Positions 1 through 12,491 of a DNA stretch of 64,000 nucleotides are shown here, piece by piece. Made by a program: the position numbers and the translations under genes. Source of the DNA: Podospora anserina. Lineage: Eukaryota. Where the stretch lies: assembly GCA_017654855.1 (NCBI GenBank), contig CM030337.1:558001-622000 (forward strand), written 5' to 3'. The notes beneath the pieces are model-generated. The model saw only the letters and a program-made list of their open reading frames with translations. It did no database searches and had not been told where the DNA came from. Positions within the stretch are counted from its first letter, which is position 1. Each line of letters starts with the position of its first letter.

Positions 1-2
1 GG

Positions 3-1160
3 AATCAGATTGAGGAGGTTGATTTCGAAGGGGCTACCCTGTCGCAACTGACGGATCTTGATTTGAAGGGGAACAGGATCAAGACTGTCATCAACCTCGA
101 CGCTCTCCCGGCTCTGTCGTCTCTTGATCTGGAAGGCAACCAGCTCGAGTCGTTTTCTGCTGGTTCCGACACCCCGATGCACTCCCTTCGTTATCTGTAT
201 CTCAACAACAACCAGCTCACCTCCCTCTCCGTCGCCAGGATGCCTCACCTCCGCCTCCTCCACGCAGACAAGAACTTTCTCGTTCGCATCAGTGGGTTCT
301 CCCGCGCGAGGAGGATTGACTCGCTGTCTCTTCGCGAGCAGCGGTCCAGCACCCCGCTCGACCTCCCCTTTTTGCTGTCTCGCGTGTATGAAGTCCGCAA
401 GTTATTCCTCTCGGGCAACCCGCTCCACACGTTTGAGCCGCAGGTTGATTTTTTGAATCTGCAGCTCTTGGAGGTGGCGAATTGCGGGCTGGAGCGGTTG
501 CCAAAGGATTTTGGGATGTTGATGCCGAATTTGAGGGTGTTGAACCTGAACATGAACGCGCTGAGCGAGATTAGGCCGTTGAGGTATATCCCCCGGCTGA
601 AGAGGTTGTTTGTGAGCGGGAATCGGCTGGGGGATGCGGCCAAGCTGGTGGAGGTGCTGGGTGGGTTTAGGTGGTTGAGGGAGTGTGATGTGAGGGATAA
701 TTTGGTAACGTTGGGGTTTTATACGCCGTTGCAGCAGCGGGATAATAATCATTTGGTGGTTGCTGTGAAGGGGGGGAAGGAGGGGGAGAAGGATGAGGGG
801 AGGTTTGTGCTGCCGGAGCAGGATCGGCAGAGGGATAGTGAGTACAGGGGGCGGTTGGATTCGAATACGGCTATGAGGAGGAGGTTGTGGGAGTTTATGG
901 TTTCGGAGAGGGTGCCGAGTGTGAGGAAGCTGGATGGGTTGGAGGTTGGGGGTGGGGAGAAGAAGGAGGAGGGGGATGGGGCTTGGAGGAAGTTGTTGGA
1001 AGGGGGGTTGGTTGAGGAGGGGGAGAAGCAGGGTGGTGCTGGGGAGAAGAAGAGGGAGAAGGGGAATCCGGATGGCACGTCAAGGGGAGGGAGGCTGAAG
1101 ATAGTTTTGCCTAATCTGTTTTTTTTCTTTTTCTTTTCTTTTCGATCCACTCCGAGGTGA
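3..1160 (+). CDS. 3' part of a leucine-rich-repeat protein, Nud1/Cdc11-like SIN/MEN scaffold (5' end outside window; true C-terminus uncertain)
   Basis: Frame open from base 3; tandem LxxLxLxxN repeats followed by an LRR cap (YRGRLD...RRRLW...RKLDGL) typical of fungal Nud1/Cdc11. Confidence 0.7.
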   Translation, partial: NQIEEVDFEGATLSQLTDLDLKGNRIKTVINLDALPALSSLDLEGNQLESFSAGSDTPMHSLRYLYLNNNQLTSLSVARMPHLRLLHADKNFLVRISGFSRARRIDSLSLREQRSSTPLDLPFLLSRVYEVRKLFLSGNPLHTFEPQVDFLNLQLLEVANCGLERLPKDFGMLMPNLRVLNLNMNALSEIRPLRYIPRLKRLFVSGNRLGDAAKLVEVLGGFRWLRECDVRDNLVTLGFYTPLQQRDNNHLVVAVKGGKEGEKDEGRFVLPEQDRQRDSEYRGRLDSNTAMRRRLWEFMVSERVPSVRKLDGLEVGGGEKKEEGDGAWRKLLEGGLVEEGEKQGGAGEKKREKGNPDGTSRGGRLKIVLPNLFFFFFFSFRSTPR

Positions 1161-1856
1161 GAAGGACAGGTGGTGGTGGTTGTTTTAATATTTTATCTTT
1201 TTGGAGTTTTTCTTTTCTCTTTCGAGGGCGGGCTGGCTGTAACTGTACAAGGAGATGATGAGGCTGTGACGGTGTTTTTGGGATTGGGTAACTTGGAAAA
1301 GGGAATGAATGATCAACAGCAAAGAGGGGACTGTAATGATGTTTATGAATGGGGTCTGTTTGTTTACACTACAACGGTGTATGTTAGCATTGGCTTTTGG
1401 GCGGGTTAAGGGGTTGTTTGGTGTTGTATGGCTGAGGATTGGGGGTCGGTGTTGGTTGGTGTTGGTTGGTGTTGATATCATAATGATTATGACTGATTTT
1501 GTGGTTTTATGCATTTCTGGAACTGTTGTGGTGATTCCTGCCTCCGGACACCTGTCTCCAGGCCCTCTCTCTGGGGAGATGTCTCCCGTGTTCATGCCTC
1601 GAGGAACAGGAGCTTCCCACGGGGACAACAGGCAAACATGAAGTACACTTGCCATTTTCGTCCCGACATTCCATGATTCTTTCCGTCTTCATGCTCAACA
1701 TGTTCCCCGCTCGGTCAAGGTATTTAACAATGGGCCGTCATCGTTTACAGAATCTCTTCCCTCAATCTTCCTATCCGCCGTGAACAGCGACCGCATTGCA
1801 CCCATTCCCATTAACTGTCCCCATCTCTACGTGTATTGTCATATTTTCTTGTCAAG

Positions 1857-2966
1857 TCAACCCCATCCGTACAATTCCTTCGGCTTCGCTCGGTCAAGCT
1901 TTCTGTTGACAGAGCCCCTGAGGGTCTTTAGGATCCCCACAACGGTCAACTTCTTAGCCCCAAAAAGCCAGCTACGCCTGTTGAAAGAAACCGCATCGAC
2001 CATATCCCTAACACCATTTAGTCCGTCGTCCAGGTCTCTCAGTGCTCTCCTGGCATGCCTGTCTGACCCCACTTGAAAGAACTGAATCCCCAGCTGGTGA
2101 GGAGGGGCATCGATTCGGTCTAACCGGCTGGCAAGGTTTCTGATGATTCCCTTAGGGTCGGGGCCCTCATTTGGACAGCCGTGGGTAACAACGATCAAGT
2201 TGAGTGGCTTGACCCCCGGGTCGCCGGAAGATGGCGAGGAGTTGTACAAGGCTTCTAGATGTTGAACATAAGGCTCGAGAATGTCACTGATGCGAGCGCC
2301 GGTAAGGAGTGCCGGACTGGGGCTGAATCTCGGTATTGAAAATCTCTAGGATTCGATTGCCATCCTTGATACCACGGTAGTCTTTGGGCCGACAATCCCA
2401 ATGCTTTCTACGATCCCAACGCATTGCACTCAGAAAGTAAAGGTCTACACCACCGGAATCATAAGCTGTGCAGATCGGTGCGAGTTCCTTGAGGACATTG
2501 CGGACTTCTTTCCAGCGTGAGCCCATCATAGAACCGGAGTCGTCGATGAGAAAGGCCGTGTTGAAACATGCCAGGAAGGCATACGGGTCCTCGGTGCTGG
2601 AAGGCCCAACTTTCTCTTTGCCGTTGGGCTTTTCACTCTCGCGATGCTTCTCCTTGTTGTACCACTTCTCCCTGTCGTGGTGTTTCTCCCTCTCGCGGTG
2701 CTTATCCTACTCGTGGTGCGTCTCTCTACCGTACTCCTTCTCTCTGCCGTAGTACTGCTCCCCGCGCTTTCCCATACTGGCGGGCTCTCTCCTACCGTTG
2801 GGCTCCTCTCGTTTGCCGAAAATGTAGCGTTCGTGAACGAAACTTGGGCCTTGGCCTCCGTCGAGTAAGTTTCGGTCAAAATTTGTGCGAGTTTGTGTGG
2901 TTCGCACTGGTGCTTGACGTGGTCGAAGGGACACAATAAGCCTTGAAAATACCAGCAAATACCCAT
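1857..2966 (-). pseudogene. Disrupted fungal von Willebrand A (vWA) domain gene
   Basis: Motifs EDPYAFL..F.T.FLIDDSGSM..SRW (MIDAS), GVDLYFL, GTPTG, KPLNLIVVT, GIQFFQVG, LDD.L, RDMVD. In-frame TAG at 2707-2709 and an extra base near 2304 split the frame. 5' end uncertain. Confidence 0.8.
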
Positions 2967-4184
2967 GGTATATACACCTGACCGCACAGCGGTCACATTT
3001 CCGAACGACGCACGACCCAACCGGCAAGGCTCCAAATCACTACACCATGGCCAGGCAGCTGACGGAAAATGGCCGAGCATGACCCTGACCGGTGGACAGG
3101 AAAGTTGCGATGAACCAGCAGGTGTCTCTGCTTCCCGAATCCGCCAGTTGTTACGTGTCGAACCCGTCAGTTGTCCTCCTGCCTTGCTGGTTTCGAGTTA
3201 GCTACCTCCCATTGGGATGAGAGAAGAGAAATGAGCCGGTCAACCCGTGGTACTTACGTGGAGCTTTCCAATTGCCACAACGGCGAACATGATCCGCTTG
3301 GAATCTTGCAAAAGACCACACGTCGACGGACTTTAAACCCCATAAAGGGCCCATCGAGGGTAGGAGTCCTGGCCTGCTTAAACTGCTCACCTGCTTCCAT
3401 AAAACATGCTCATCCCCCTCCGTTGTAAAGCGGTGGTGAGGGTGTGGCTAGAAAAACTGTGCCTGTGGCTCGTTACCGTCAGTACGCCATCAGCAGAGCC
3501 TCGCTGCCATTCCAGTCCCGATGGCACGCTGACGAACCTTATTTTCACAACCATCTTCTCCATGCTACTCGTGGTCGAATACAACAATCAAGAAGCGACA
3601 CTATCGCATTCGTCATGGGTTGCCGTTGCCGTTGAAGAGGAGACCATCACAAGACAGAAAATGTGGCGATGATGTCATTGGTTTTGTCAACCTTGACTGG
3701 AGACTCGAGAGCTGTTGGATCGAGCATGAAGGAGACACAATTCACAGAGAAATCAGAACCAAATTAAGAATATTTCGTAAATTCCCACCCATATCACTAT
3801 CTATCTATTACATGGGTAGCCTCATTAAACCCTTCAGATGCATGCCATGCGTAAAATCACTGATGTCGACCCGTCGTGGGGGTATCATATCCGCAAATAA
3901 ACGTCCCAAATCCTACAATATGTACAAGAGAATCAATGTCCAGCAAGCAAAAAAGAGCACCTGCCGAACCACCACCGTCCAACACCACACCAAATGAGAG
4001 AAGAAAAAAATCAGCCATCAAGACCCAGTGAGGACTGGGGCTCTTGTCTAACTACCCATGAGCTCCATTCGCAACCAAGCCGGCCACCAGTCATTAAGAT
4101 TGGGATATCGTGTCTCGTATCTTCCTTTTTGGTCCTCCATGTCGTTGTCGATCAAAGAAAAAACGTCGTCGATGGTGCAACAAC

Positions 4185-5027
4185 TTAGAGAAGAGCGGCA
4201 GCGATACCAGCGGCGGCAAGGAAGCCGAGGGCGGGAGGAGCAGTGACTTGAGCACCCCAGGCGCTGCTGGTGCTGGTGCTAGCATCGGAAGACTGAGTGG
4301 CCTCGTCAGCCTGGCTACTAAGAGCGCTGCTGAGGGCAGAGCCAGTGAGGCTGGTGGTGAGGGTGGTCTGGCCAACGGTGGAGGTGAAGGTAGTGGAGTC
4401 CTCGGTGACGGTGGTGAGCAGATCGGTGGTGAGGGTGGTCTCGGGAACCGAGGTAGCACCGGGAACATTAGAGATGCCCAGAATGGTAGTGGTGCCAGTG
4501 GCAGTAGCCTCGACGCCATCAGAGGTCAGGGTCGAAGTCCAAGTCTGGGTCGAGACGGGAGTGGGAGTGGCATCATCACTGGACTCGGTGGTAGTGGCAC
4601 TCTCAGAGCCCTGGGTGGTGGTGGCGGAGGCATCAGCCGAGGTAGTAGGGACATTCGAGACAGTAGGGGGGATGGCGGTAGGGGCATTGACAGAGCTGCA
4701 ATAGGCGACGCCGTAATCCTTGACAACTTGGGCAACAGCCGAGTTACCGCAAGCCTGGTCGGCGCAGTCGTTGATGCCCCAGCGGAAGTTGGCGGCTCCG
4801 CAGAGGCACGCAGCATCACCGGCAGCGCAGTTGGAGAACTCGCTACCAGCCTTGCCTTGCATGTTGCTGATACAGGTTTTCTGTACATGGTGGTTAGCGG
4901 CGTGACGACATCGAGTGCTGGGACAAAGGACACTTACACCGCATTCGGGGAAGCCCTCGGGCCACTGGTTCTGGGCCACAACGGAGGCAGCGCCGAAAGC
5001 AAGGACGAAAGTAGCGATGGACTTCAT
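4185..5027 (-). CDS. CFEM-domain GPI-anchored cell-surface protein; intron 4881-4937
   Basis: Signal peptide MKSIATFVLAFGAASVVA; Cys pattern PEC..C..C....CLC....DC...C....C after splicing GTAAGT..GCTAAC..CAG; S/T-rich stalk; hydrophobic C-terminal tail. Confidence 0.9.
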   Translation of the reverse strand: MKSIATFVLAFGAASVVAQNQWPEGFPECGVSVLCPSTRCRHAANHHVQKTCISNMQGKAGSEFSNCAAGDAACLCGAANFRWGINDCADQACGNSAVAQVVKDYGVAYCSSVNAPTAIPPTVSNVPTTSADASATTTQGSESATTTESSDDATPTPVSTQTWTSTLTSDGVEATATGTTTILGISNVPGATSVPETTLTTDLLTTVTEDSTTFTSTVGQTTLTTSLTGSALSSALSSQADEATQSSDASTSTSSAWGAQVTAPPALGFLAAAGIAAALL

Positions 5028-7511
5028 TTTGGCGATGTGGGTGGGGATGTGATCCTAGGAATACTGCAGACGAAGAAGAGTCAAGTCAGAATTGGGATTC
5101 CAAGTGAAGGTGAGAGAAGGGGGGTTAAGGTACTGACAATGTAGGATGATGCTTAAGGGGTGGTTGGCTAGGAGAGTCGCAAAAAAAGTCGATGCTCTGT
5201 AAGATTGTTGTTGTTGTTGAGGGAAAAGGACGAGGAGAGAGAAGAGAGGACGAAGAGTCGTGGTTTTGAAGGGCAGACCAGGACAGGTGGGACTTGTACG
5301 AGCTTGGAAGTTGGAAGCAGACGGAAGGTGAGTGGTGCGTCAGGCGGCAGGACTTATATTGTTGCAAGGCAGGAGCCCTCCAGGCCAGGTGCCCTTGCAG
5401 AGCAACCTGGAACCGTCCCGTCGGTCGTCCTCCGTCACTCGGGAAAGTACCCAAGCCCACACACCTCACCAGCCCTCAAATTTACCAGGGTTTGTCTTCT
5501 CCACGGCACTTGCTTAGTCTCTGGGATGGAACCACCAGCCATCGCCAATCTGTGTCATGACGGGATTGGGGCTCTTGCCTGCCACATCACGGCCCGATAT
5601 GCAAGAGAAGGACGCATCCCACATGGCTACACACACCGCGGCCACCCTGCCCTCTCACGAACCAATCTGTTTGCCCCCATGATGCCTCGGGTGCCCGCTG
5701 GTGTTTCCTTCTCTCACTCTCTCTGATGTGAAGTTATTAGGAAGACTCCGCCGAATTATGCACAATCACCATAGTCTGGCATTAGTTCTTTTTTCATAAC
5801 CACGATAGCCCAGAGTCGAGACCCTCCACGGGTCCCCCGTTGCTGAGGAACTTTGTTTTGGTTATCTCGCTTTTGTTTCCTTGAGATAGGAAAACCTTGA
5901 AGACGAGGTTCATCCAGATCGCGGTCGTGGCTGCACGTGTGGGCAGGCAAGGTCGCTGGCAGCTTCCTATTGGCCAATCAGGCGATGCAGTTGAGCTGGG
6001 AGCAGGGATGACCCCCTGTCCATCTGCATCCCCGACCCCAGAGCAGCTGGGAAAGAGCTGCGATAGCGTGGAGGGGATCGGGGCGGGAAGCTGGAAATCA
6101 AGGTGGAGGGTCGCAGCCAAGCACAGGGCAGCCAGCAGACAGACAGACGATGTCATCGACCTTGTTTATTATTATTATTTTTTGTTCCTCTTTTGTCTTT
6201 TATGCACTTGTTCCTGGATTTATGCATCGAATCTTTTATAGTGCCTGCCACTACCTTATGCCTCCCCTCCTCTCTCGCCTCTGTCACAAGCCTACTCCAT
6301 CCCCATTTTTTGCAAGGTCGACCGACGGCCAACCCTCAGCAGTCTCTGTCATGATGTTGAGGAAAAAGTGAGGTTGGGCGGTGGACACACCGATCTCCTC
6401 TCCACCTCCACCCGACTCGTCGCTGGCCCGCGGCTCACCGATAGGCGAATGCCTTCACCCCTGTCTTTTTCTTTTCCTCTGGCCTGCCCAGCCTTGGCTT
6501 TCGACGTCAGCTTGCAGAGCCTGCATCACTCCCTCTCCCGATCTTTTCTTCCTCGCCGATGATTCGTAGCCCCCAATCAACCACCAAACAAAAACAAGCT
6601 TTGTTCTGTAATTGGGGGAGGTTCTGTTGTTTTCTTTTTCTCTCTTTTATCGCCAACCCCGCCATATTCTGTCATTGGTTGGCTGGAAGGTGAACAACCC
6701 AAGACGCCCAAAAAATCTTGGCAAGGGAACGATTCTTGGTGCACGTTCCATTCGTTTACCACTTTGACATCTTGTTTCACTCCTTTCCGTGGTCTTGGAT
6801 GGGGTGGGAATGAGGTAATCAGGATTATCACCAGTTGCCGGTTTTCCGCAGCGTCATGATCAGGACAACAGGATGAAGGAGAGAGTAAAGGTTGGGAAAG
6901 GAAAGTCTCTCCCTCGCCCTCTCTCTCCCGGGCACCATTGTTGTCAACGCAGTGCCGAAAACTGAGACATGCATACTCCTCTCAGACCTGGTTGGGCGAC
7001 ACACACACGGCAGAGAGAGAAACAAGCTGGGGAAGAAAAGGGTTACGTCTCATCTCACAATCAGGCAAGAAGCTGAGGAACAGACAGACACACGTGGTAG
7101 GTTTGACATGTATACACTGTCCAACATCTCTTTTCATTTCCAACCTGGGACACATCGAACCACAAAGCGAGAGCCATTTTCATATTAAGGAGTGAGGTTT
7201 GCCCAACCAGTCAGTCCTCTTCCATGCTCCCATCTGTTCTAGACAAATTCTTTTGCATTTTGGATCACACCCACCCGCAGGTTGCAATTTCCCTTTCTTG
7301 CACAGATCTCGCCCGGGTGTGGTGTGCTGTACCTGAATGAGCAACGCCTATCTGTGCCTGAAGGAGATGAGATGATAGACTAGTAGCACAGACGGTAGCT
7401 AGTGTATGGATAAGGTGATGACCCTACTTTTGGACCTGCAGTCTTTTTTTTTCTTTCTGCACCTGCATGATAGCTAGGTACGCTAGTATAGTGTTAAAAG
7501 GTGGTTGGGGG

Positions 7512-8101
7512 GAGCCCGGCCTAGGGATCACGGCGTAGTCTCCTGTTGGTCACGGGCCTAGCCGCATCAAGTAGAAGATCCTACTAACATCGAAAAACGG
7601 TCAAAACACACCAAAATCAACCGCATTTTCGTGCAGAACCATCTGACGACTATCTCAAACCACCCCCAATCGCAGCAGTCAATCACCTACAACCACCCAC
7701 AACCACCACTGCTTCCACCCGGCCCGGCCTGCGCAGTGGACAAAGGCTTCAAGACCAGTGGCCATTGAATTGGCTGTTGAATTGGCTGGTGGTTTGAACT
7801 GGGTGGTGTGGGTGGTGGTGCCGTCTGAGTTGCAGCCTCGCCCACGCAAAACCGCCTGCACACTTCAACACTTTCTTCAGCCGCAATGCATACGAAAGCA
7901 TTGCTTACAGTAAATTACCAGGCTTTTGGCCTTCATTTTGCACCTATTTTGCTTCGATTTGACCAGGTTTTGGTCTTGCAATGTGTGTGGTTGTGTATGT
8001 GAGCTGCCAGCTGTGTTTTTTGATGTTTTTTGACCAAAATGCTAAAATAGGTTAGGCCGGTGACCAACAGGAGACTACGCCGTGATCCCTAGGCTGGGCT
8101 C
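7512..8101. mobile_element. Non-autonomous Mutator-like (MULE) element / MITE, 590 bp
   Basis: Terminal inverted repeats 7512-7563 and 8050-8101 (49/52 identical, starting GAGCCC); 9-bp direct repeat GGTTGGGGG at 7503-7511 and 8102-8110; no transposase ORF inside. Confidence 0.88.
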
Positions 8102-8590
8102 GGTTGGGGGGGTATCCCCGATATGGAGTTAGCTTCACGATTATTTTGCACGATCATGGGGTGAATTTGGTTTTGATGCGCCGCTACTACTGCTGGCATG
8201 GAGTGCTGGCAGATTGATATAAGTGCTTCTTCTGGATGGAGACCGAGTGTGGCGGTCAGATACTAGAGAACGGTGAGGTTAGAAGGGAGATATCACGTTC
8301 TTGTCACCCGATTTTTGTCTTGGTGATGGGATCCGACTGAAAGGACGATTAGAACCCCGCGATGAACATTTGCGGGGTGTTGCTGCGGTGATGGTCTTTC
8401 CCTCTGTCACGATATATGTATGCATGCGCTGCAGTGTCGCAGCTTCTTCATCAGGTGAGCCAAAAGGTCAAACTCAGGTCAGGTCAGGTTAGACATTGAC
8501 CAACTGTTGACCGACCCGGTAAGCTGCAACAACCACAGCATATCAATATGTGCAGCAGCAGCAATGCATATATTCATACCCACCATCATC

Positions 8591-8623
8591 CACCACCACC
8601 ACCACCACCACCACCACCACCAC
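8591..8623. repeat. (CAC)11 microsatellite
   Basis: Read directly from sequence. Confidence 0.95.
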
Positions 8624-9275
8624 CTTTTGGCTCCCTCATTCGTAATTTGCCCCTTCTGTACCACCACCACCACCGTTGAGACACAAATTTCATCCCAAGT
8701 GACCACAACTCCCAGAGTAATCTCCTCGTGTTTAGACCGTAGCACTAGTACAGAAGAGTGTCGGTCCTCCGGGCGGCTACAACCCTCACACACCCATTGT
8801 GTTCACAGAATTTGATTCATCCAGCCTGAAATGAGTGGCAAAGCGGAAGAGTCTGCCGACAATGGCACGAAGAAAAAGAGAGATATAATTGGACTGGTTG
8901 CTCAACCCGTCCAATAAGACAGATTCGATGAAATCTCCCAAGTTTTCTTAATCACCTACCCGTGAACAAAGTGTAACCCGGAACTCGGAAACCCAAATAT
9001 GATGATGCGGATGTCAACGGCGCGTAAAAAGGGGCATTCGTCAATCATGAAGCAATGCAAGAAAAAGTGATGATGCAGCACCCACTATACATTTATCCAG
9101 GCATACTCCGTACTGCTATCAAAACCCCTCTCTCCTCTTGATTGTTCCCTCAGCGCTGTAAGTGTATGTGTAATATTTGTTGTGTTGTGCCTGGGTATAG
9201 ATGGTGTGTGCAACGCTCCATTATCCCATGCAATAAATAAAGAAAAAAGCAAATAACAGGACGGGCGAAGCCAAC

Positions 9276-9279
<4 letters not shown>

Positions 9280-9309
<30 letters not shown>
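9280..9309. repeat. (CA)15 microsatellite downstream of RNR1
   Basis: Read directly from sequence. Confidence 0.95.
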
Positions 9310-9310
<1 letters not shown>

Positions 9311-9591
9311 CATCGCTTTTGCCCCGCACTCTTTACTATCCTTTGTGTAAACCAGGTACACAAAAAGACATGATACAAAAAAAAACCAAACCAGGGAAAA
9401 AAGCTCCCAAATATTACAATCCTTCATCCCTCATATGACCGGTCCATGTATGCCCCCAACCTCCCGTTTCTGTGCAATTCATCTACTCTATCCGTCGTCA
9501 CACTGCATTCCCGCCATGCTTGCTTTGCTCTCGCTCATGTATACACACATAATCTCAACCTCGCTGAGAAGAAAAGAAAAGGAGAAAATGA

Positions 9592-12491
9592 TTAACCGCT
9601 GCACATCACGCAGGCCTCGGGGTTTTCAATGCTGCCTGTAACGTCACGGTTAGCATCTGTTGTCAAGTTCGGAGATGACGGAGAGAATTCAACTTACAAG
9701 CAAGCACTGCCTCGGAATAAATGTCCACCTCACGCTCCTTGCTTTCGTCGTCATTGTCCTCCGCCTCCTTCTTGACCTCAGCAGCCGGAGCGTCGAGGGA
9801 CTCCTCCTTGGGCTTCTCAGCCGGCTCGGTGGGGAGAGCCTTGGGGCTGTCACCTTCCGGAACGTCCGCCTTGAACGGAGGAGGCTTCGCTGGCGATGCC
9901 AGAGGACGTGACTTGACCTCACCAGCGGTGGGGGTCTTGATAGGAGGAGGGGTGGTGGGAGCGCCGTTGCTGAGACCACCGGGGGTATCCTTCACAAAGG
10001 CCATGGGCCGGGGGACCGCGCTGGGGGACGACATGTAGCTGCCGGGAGGAGCGCGCTTCTTAAGCCCGGATGATGTCTTGGCAACGGCACTATCCTGCAC
10101 CAGGAGGGCCTCCTGATCGACGGTGAACTGGATGGGCTGCGCAGCAGCCTGGGTACGGAGGTAGTACATGCCAGTCTTGAGACCCAACTTCCAGCCAGTG
10201 AAGTGCATGCTGGTGATCTTGCCCATGGTGGGATCACGCATGTGGATGTTGAGCGACTGGGACTGATCGATGAAGGCGCCACGGTCGGCAGCCATCTGGA
10301 CGATGGTACGCTGAGAGATTTCCCAGACGGTCTTGTACAGGGCCTTGATGTCGGCCGGGATGTTGGGAATGTTTTGGATGGAGCCACCCTCCGCAATGAT
10401 GCGGTTCTTCATGTTGTCAGACCAGAGACCCATATCGACGAGGTCCTTTAGAAGCCAGGGGTTGACGACTTGGAACTCGCCGGCAAGCACACGGCGCTGG
10501 TAGATGTTGGAAGTATAGGGCTCGAAGCACTCGTTGTTGCCCAGAATCTGGGAGGTGGAGGCCGTCGGCATGGGGGCAACCAACAGCGAGTTGCGGACGC
10601 CGTTCTTCTTGATCTCGGCCTTGAGCTCATCCCAGTCCCAGAGGTCGCTGGGCTTCACATTCCACATGTCATACTGAAGGATGCCCTTGGAGACGGGAGA
10701 GCCCTCGTAGGTGGAGTAGGTGCCCTGCTCCTTGGCAAGCTGGCACGACATGGTCAAAGCAGCGTGGTAGATGGTCTCAAAGATCTGCTTGTTCAACTCG
10801 CGAGCCTCAGCTGACTCGAAAGGCATGCGCAGAGCGAGGAAAGCATCAGCAAGACCCTGAACGCCAAGACCAATGGGTCTGTGGCGCATGTTGCTGTTGT
10901 AAGCCTCCTTGACGGGGTAGTGGTTGACATCGATGATCTTGTTGAGGTTGCGGACGACGATCTGGGTGACCTCGTGGAGCTTCTTGAAGTCGAACTTGGC
11001 CTCGTTATAGTCAACAAACTGAGGAAGGGCGAGCGAGGCAAGATTGCAGACGGCAACCTCATCGGGAGCCGAGTACTCAACAATCTCAGTGCACAGGTTG
11101 GAGCTGCGAATCACACCAAGGTTCTGTTGGTTGCTCTTGCGATTGCAAGCGTCCTTGTACAGCATGAAGGGGTTGCCAGTCTCGGTTTGGGCCTCGAGGA
11201 TGGCATACCACAACTTCTGGGCCTTGATCGTCTTGCGGCCACGGCCCTCCTTCTCGTACTTCTCATACAGAGCCTCAAACTCCTCGCCGTAGCAGTCGGC
11301 AAGGCCGGGACACTCGTTGGGGCACATGAGGGTCCACTCTCCGTTCTTTTCAACACGCTTCATGAACAGGTCAGGGATCCACAAGGCAAGGAAGAGATCG
11401 CGAGCGCGAATTTCCTCCTTACCGTGGTTCTTGCGGAGGTCGAGGAACTCAAACACATCGGCGTGCCAAGGCTCGAGGTAGATAGCGAAGGCGCCGGGGC
11501 GCTTGTTGCCACCTTGATCGACGTAGCGAGCGGTGTTGTTGAAGACGCGAAGCATGGGGACAATGCCGTTGGAGGTGCCGTTGGTGCCGGCAATGTACGA
11601 ACCAGTGGCGCGAATGCGGTGGATGTTGAGACCAATACCGCCAGCCATCTTGGAGATCATAGCGCAAGTCTTGAGGGTATCGTAAATGCCGTCAATGCTG
11701 TCATCCTTCATGTCGACCAAGAAGCATGACGATAGTTGAGCCTGGGGGGTACCGGCATTGAAGAGAGTTGGCGAGGCGTGCGTGAAGAACTTGCTGGACA
11801 TGTAGGTATAGGTCTCAATGACACGCTCAATGTCGTCTCCCCAGATGCCGACAGCCACACGCATGATCATGTGCTGTGGCCGCTCAACAATCTTGCCGTT
11901 GAGCTTGAGAAGGTATGATCGCTCCAGTGTCTTGAAGCCGAAGTATTGGTAGTTGAAGTCACGGTCGTAGACAATGGCCGAGTCAAGGTCGTCCTTGTGC
12001 CTCATGACGCACTCGTATGTCTCCTTGGCAATCATGGGCGAAGGGCGGCCATTCTTTGGGTTGACGTAGTGGTACAAATCGCTGACTACTGACGACCATT
12101 GCTTCTTGGTCTGCTTGTGAAGGTTGGAAACCGCGATACGGGCGGCGAGAATGGCATAGTCGGGGTGGGTGACGGTCATGTAAGCGGCAGTCTCGGCGGC
12201 CTGAGAAAAGAGTTGTTAGAGTCGAGTGTTAAGATAAAGGTCAAGGTGAGATTAGCTTACCAAATCGTCGAGCTGAGCTGTTGTGACGCCTCCGTACACA
12301 CCGGAAATGACTTTCTGAGTGATGGCAACAGGATCAACATGGTCCATGTCAAGCCCATAGCAAAGCCTTGAAACACGGGCTGTGATCTTGTCGAACTGAA
12401 CGCGCTCCTGGCGCCCATCTGCTTGAAATCAGCATCACCAATGGCTTCGTAGGAGTTCGAGGGTTGACATACCACGCTTCTTGACGTACAT
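9592..12491 (-). CDS. RNR1: Ribonucleoside-diphosphate reductase large subunit; exons 12491-12473, 12418-12261, 12200-9698, 9635-9592
   Basis: Spliced N-terminus [21 protein letters not shown] (ATP cone); [36 protein letters not shown]; spliced C-terminus [14 protein letters not shown]. Confidence 0.98.

Noticed and set aside
4110..5144. 344-aa Gly-rich plus-strand ORF
   Set aside because: Antisense to the S/T-rich CFEM gene.
8479..8815. Poly-His / poly-Trp ORFs
   Set aside because: Translations of the (CAC)n microsatellite.
10470..11729. Plus-strand ORFs of 114 and 282 aa
   Set aside because: Antisense shadows of RNR1.
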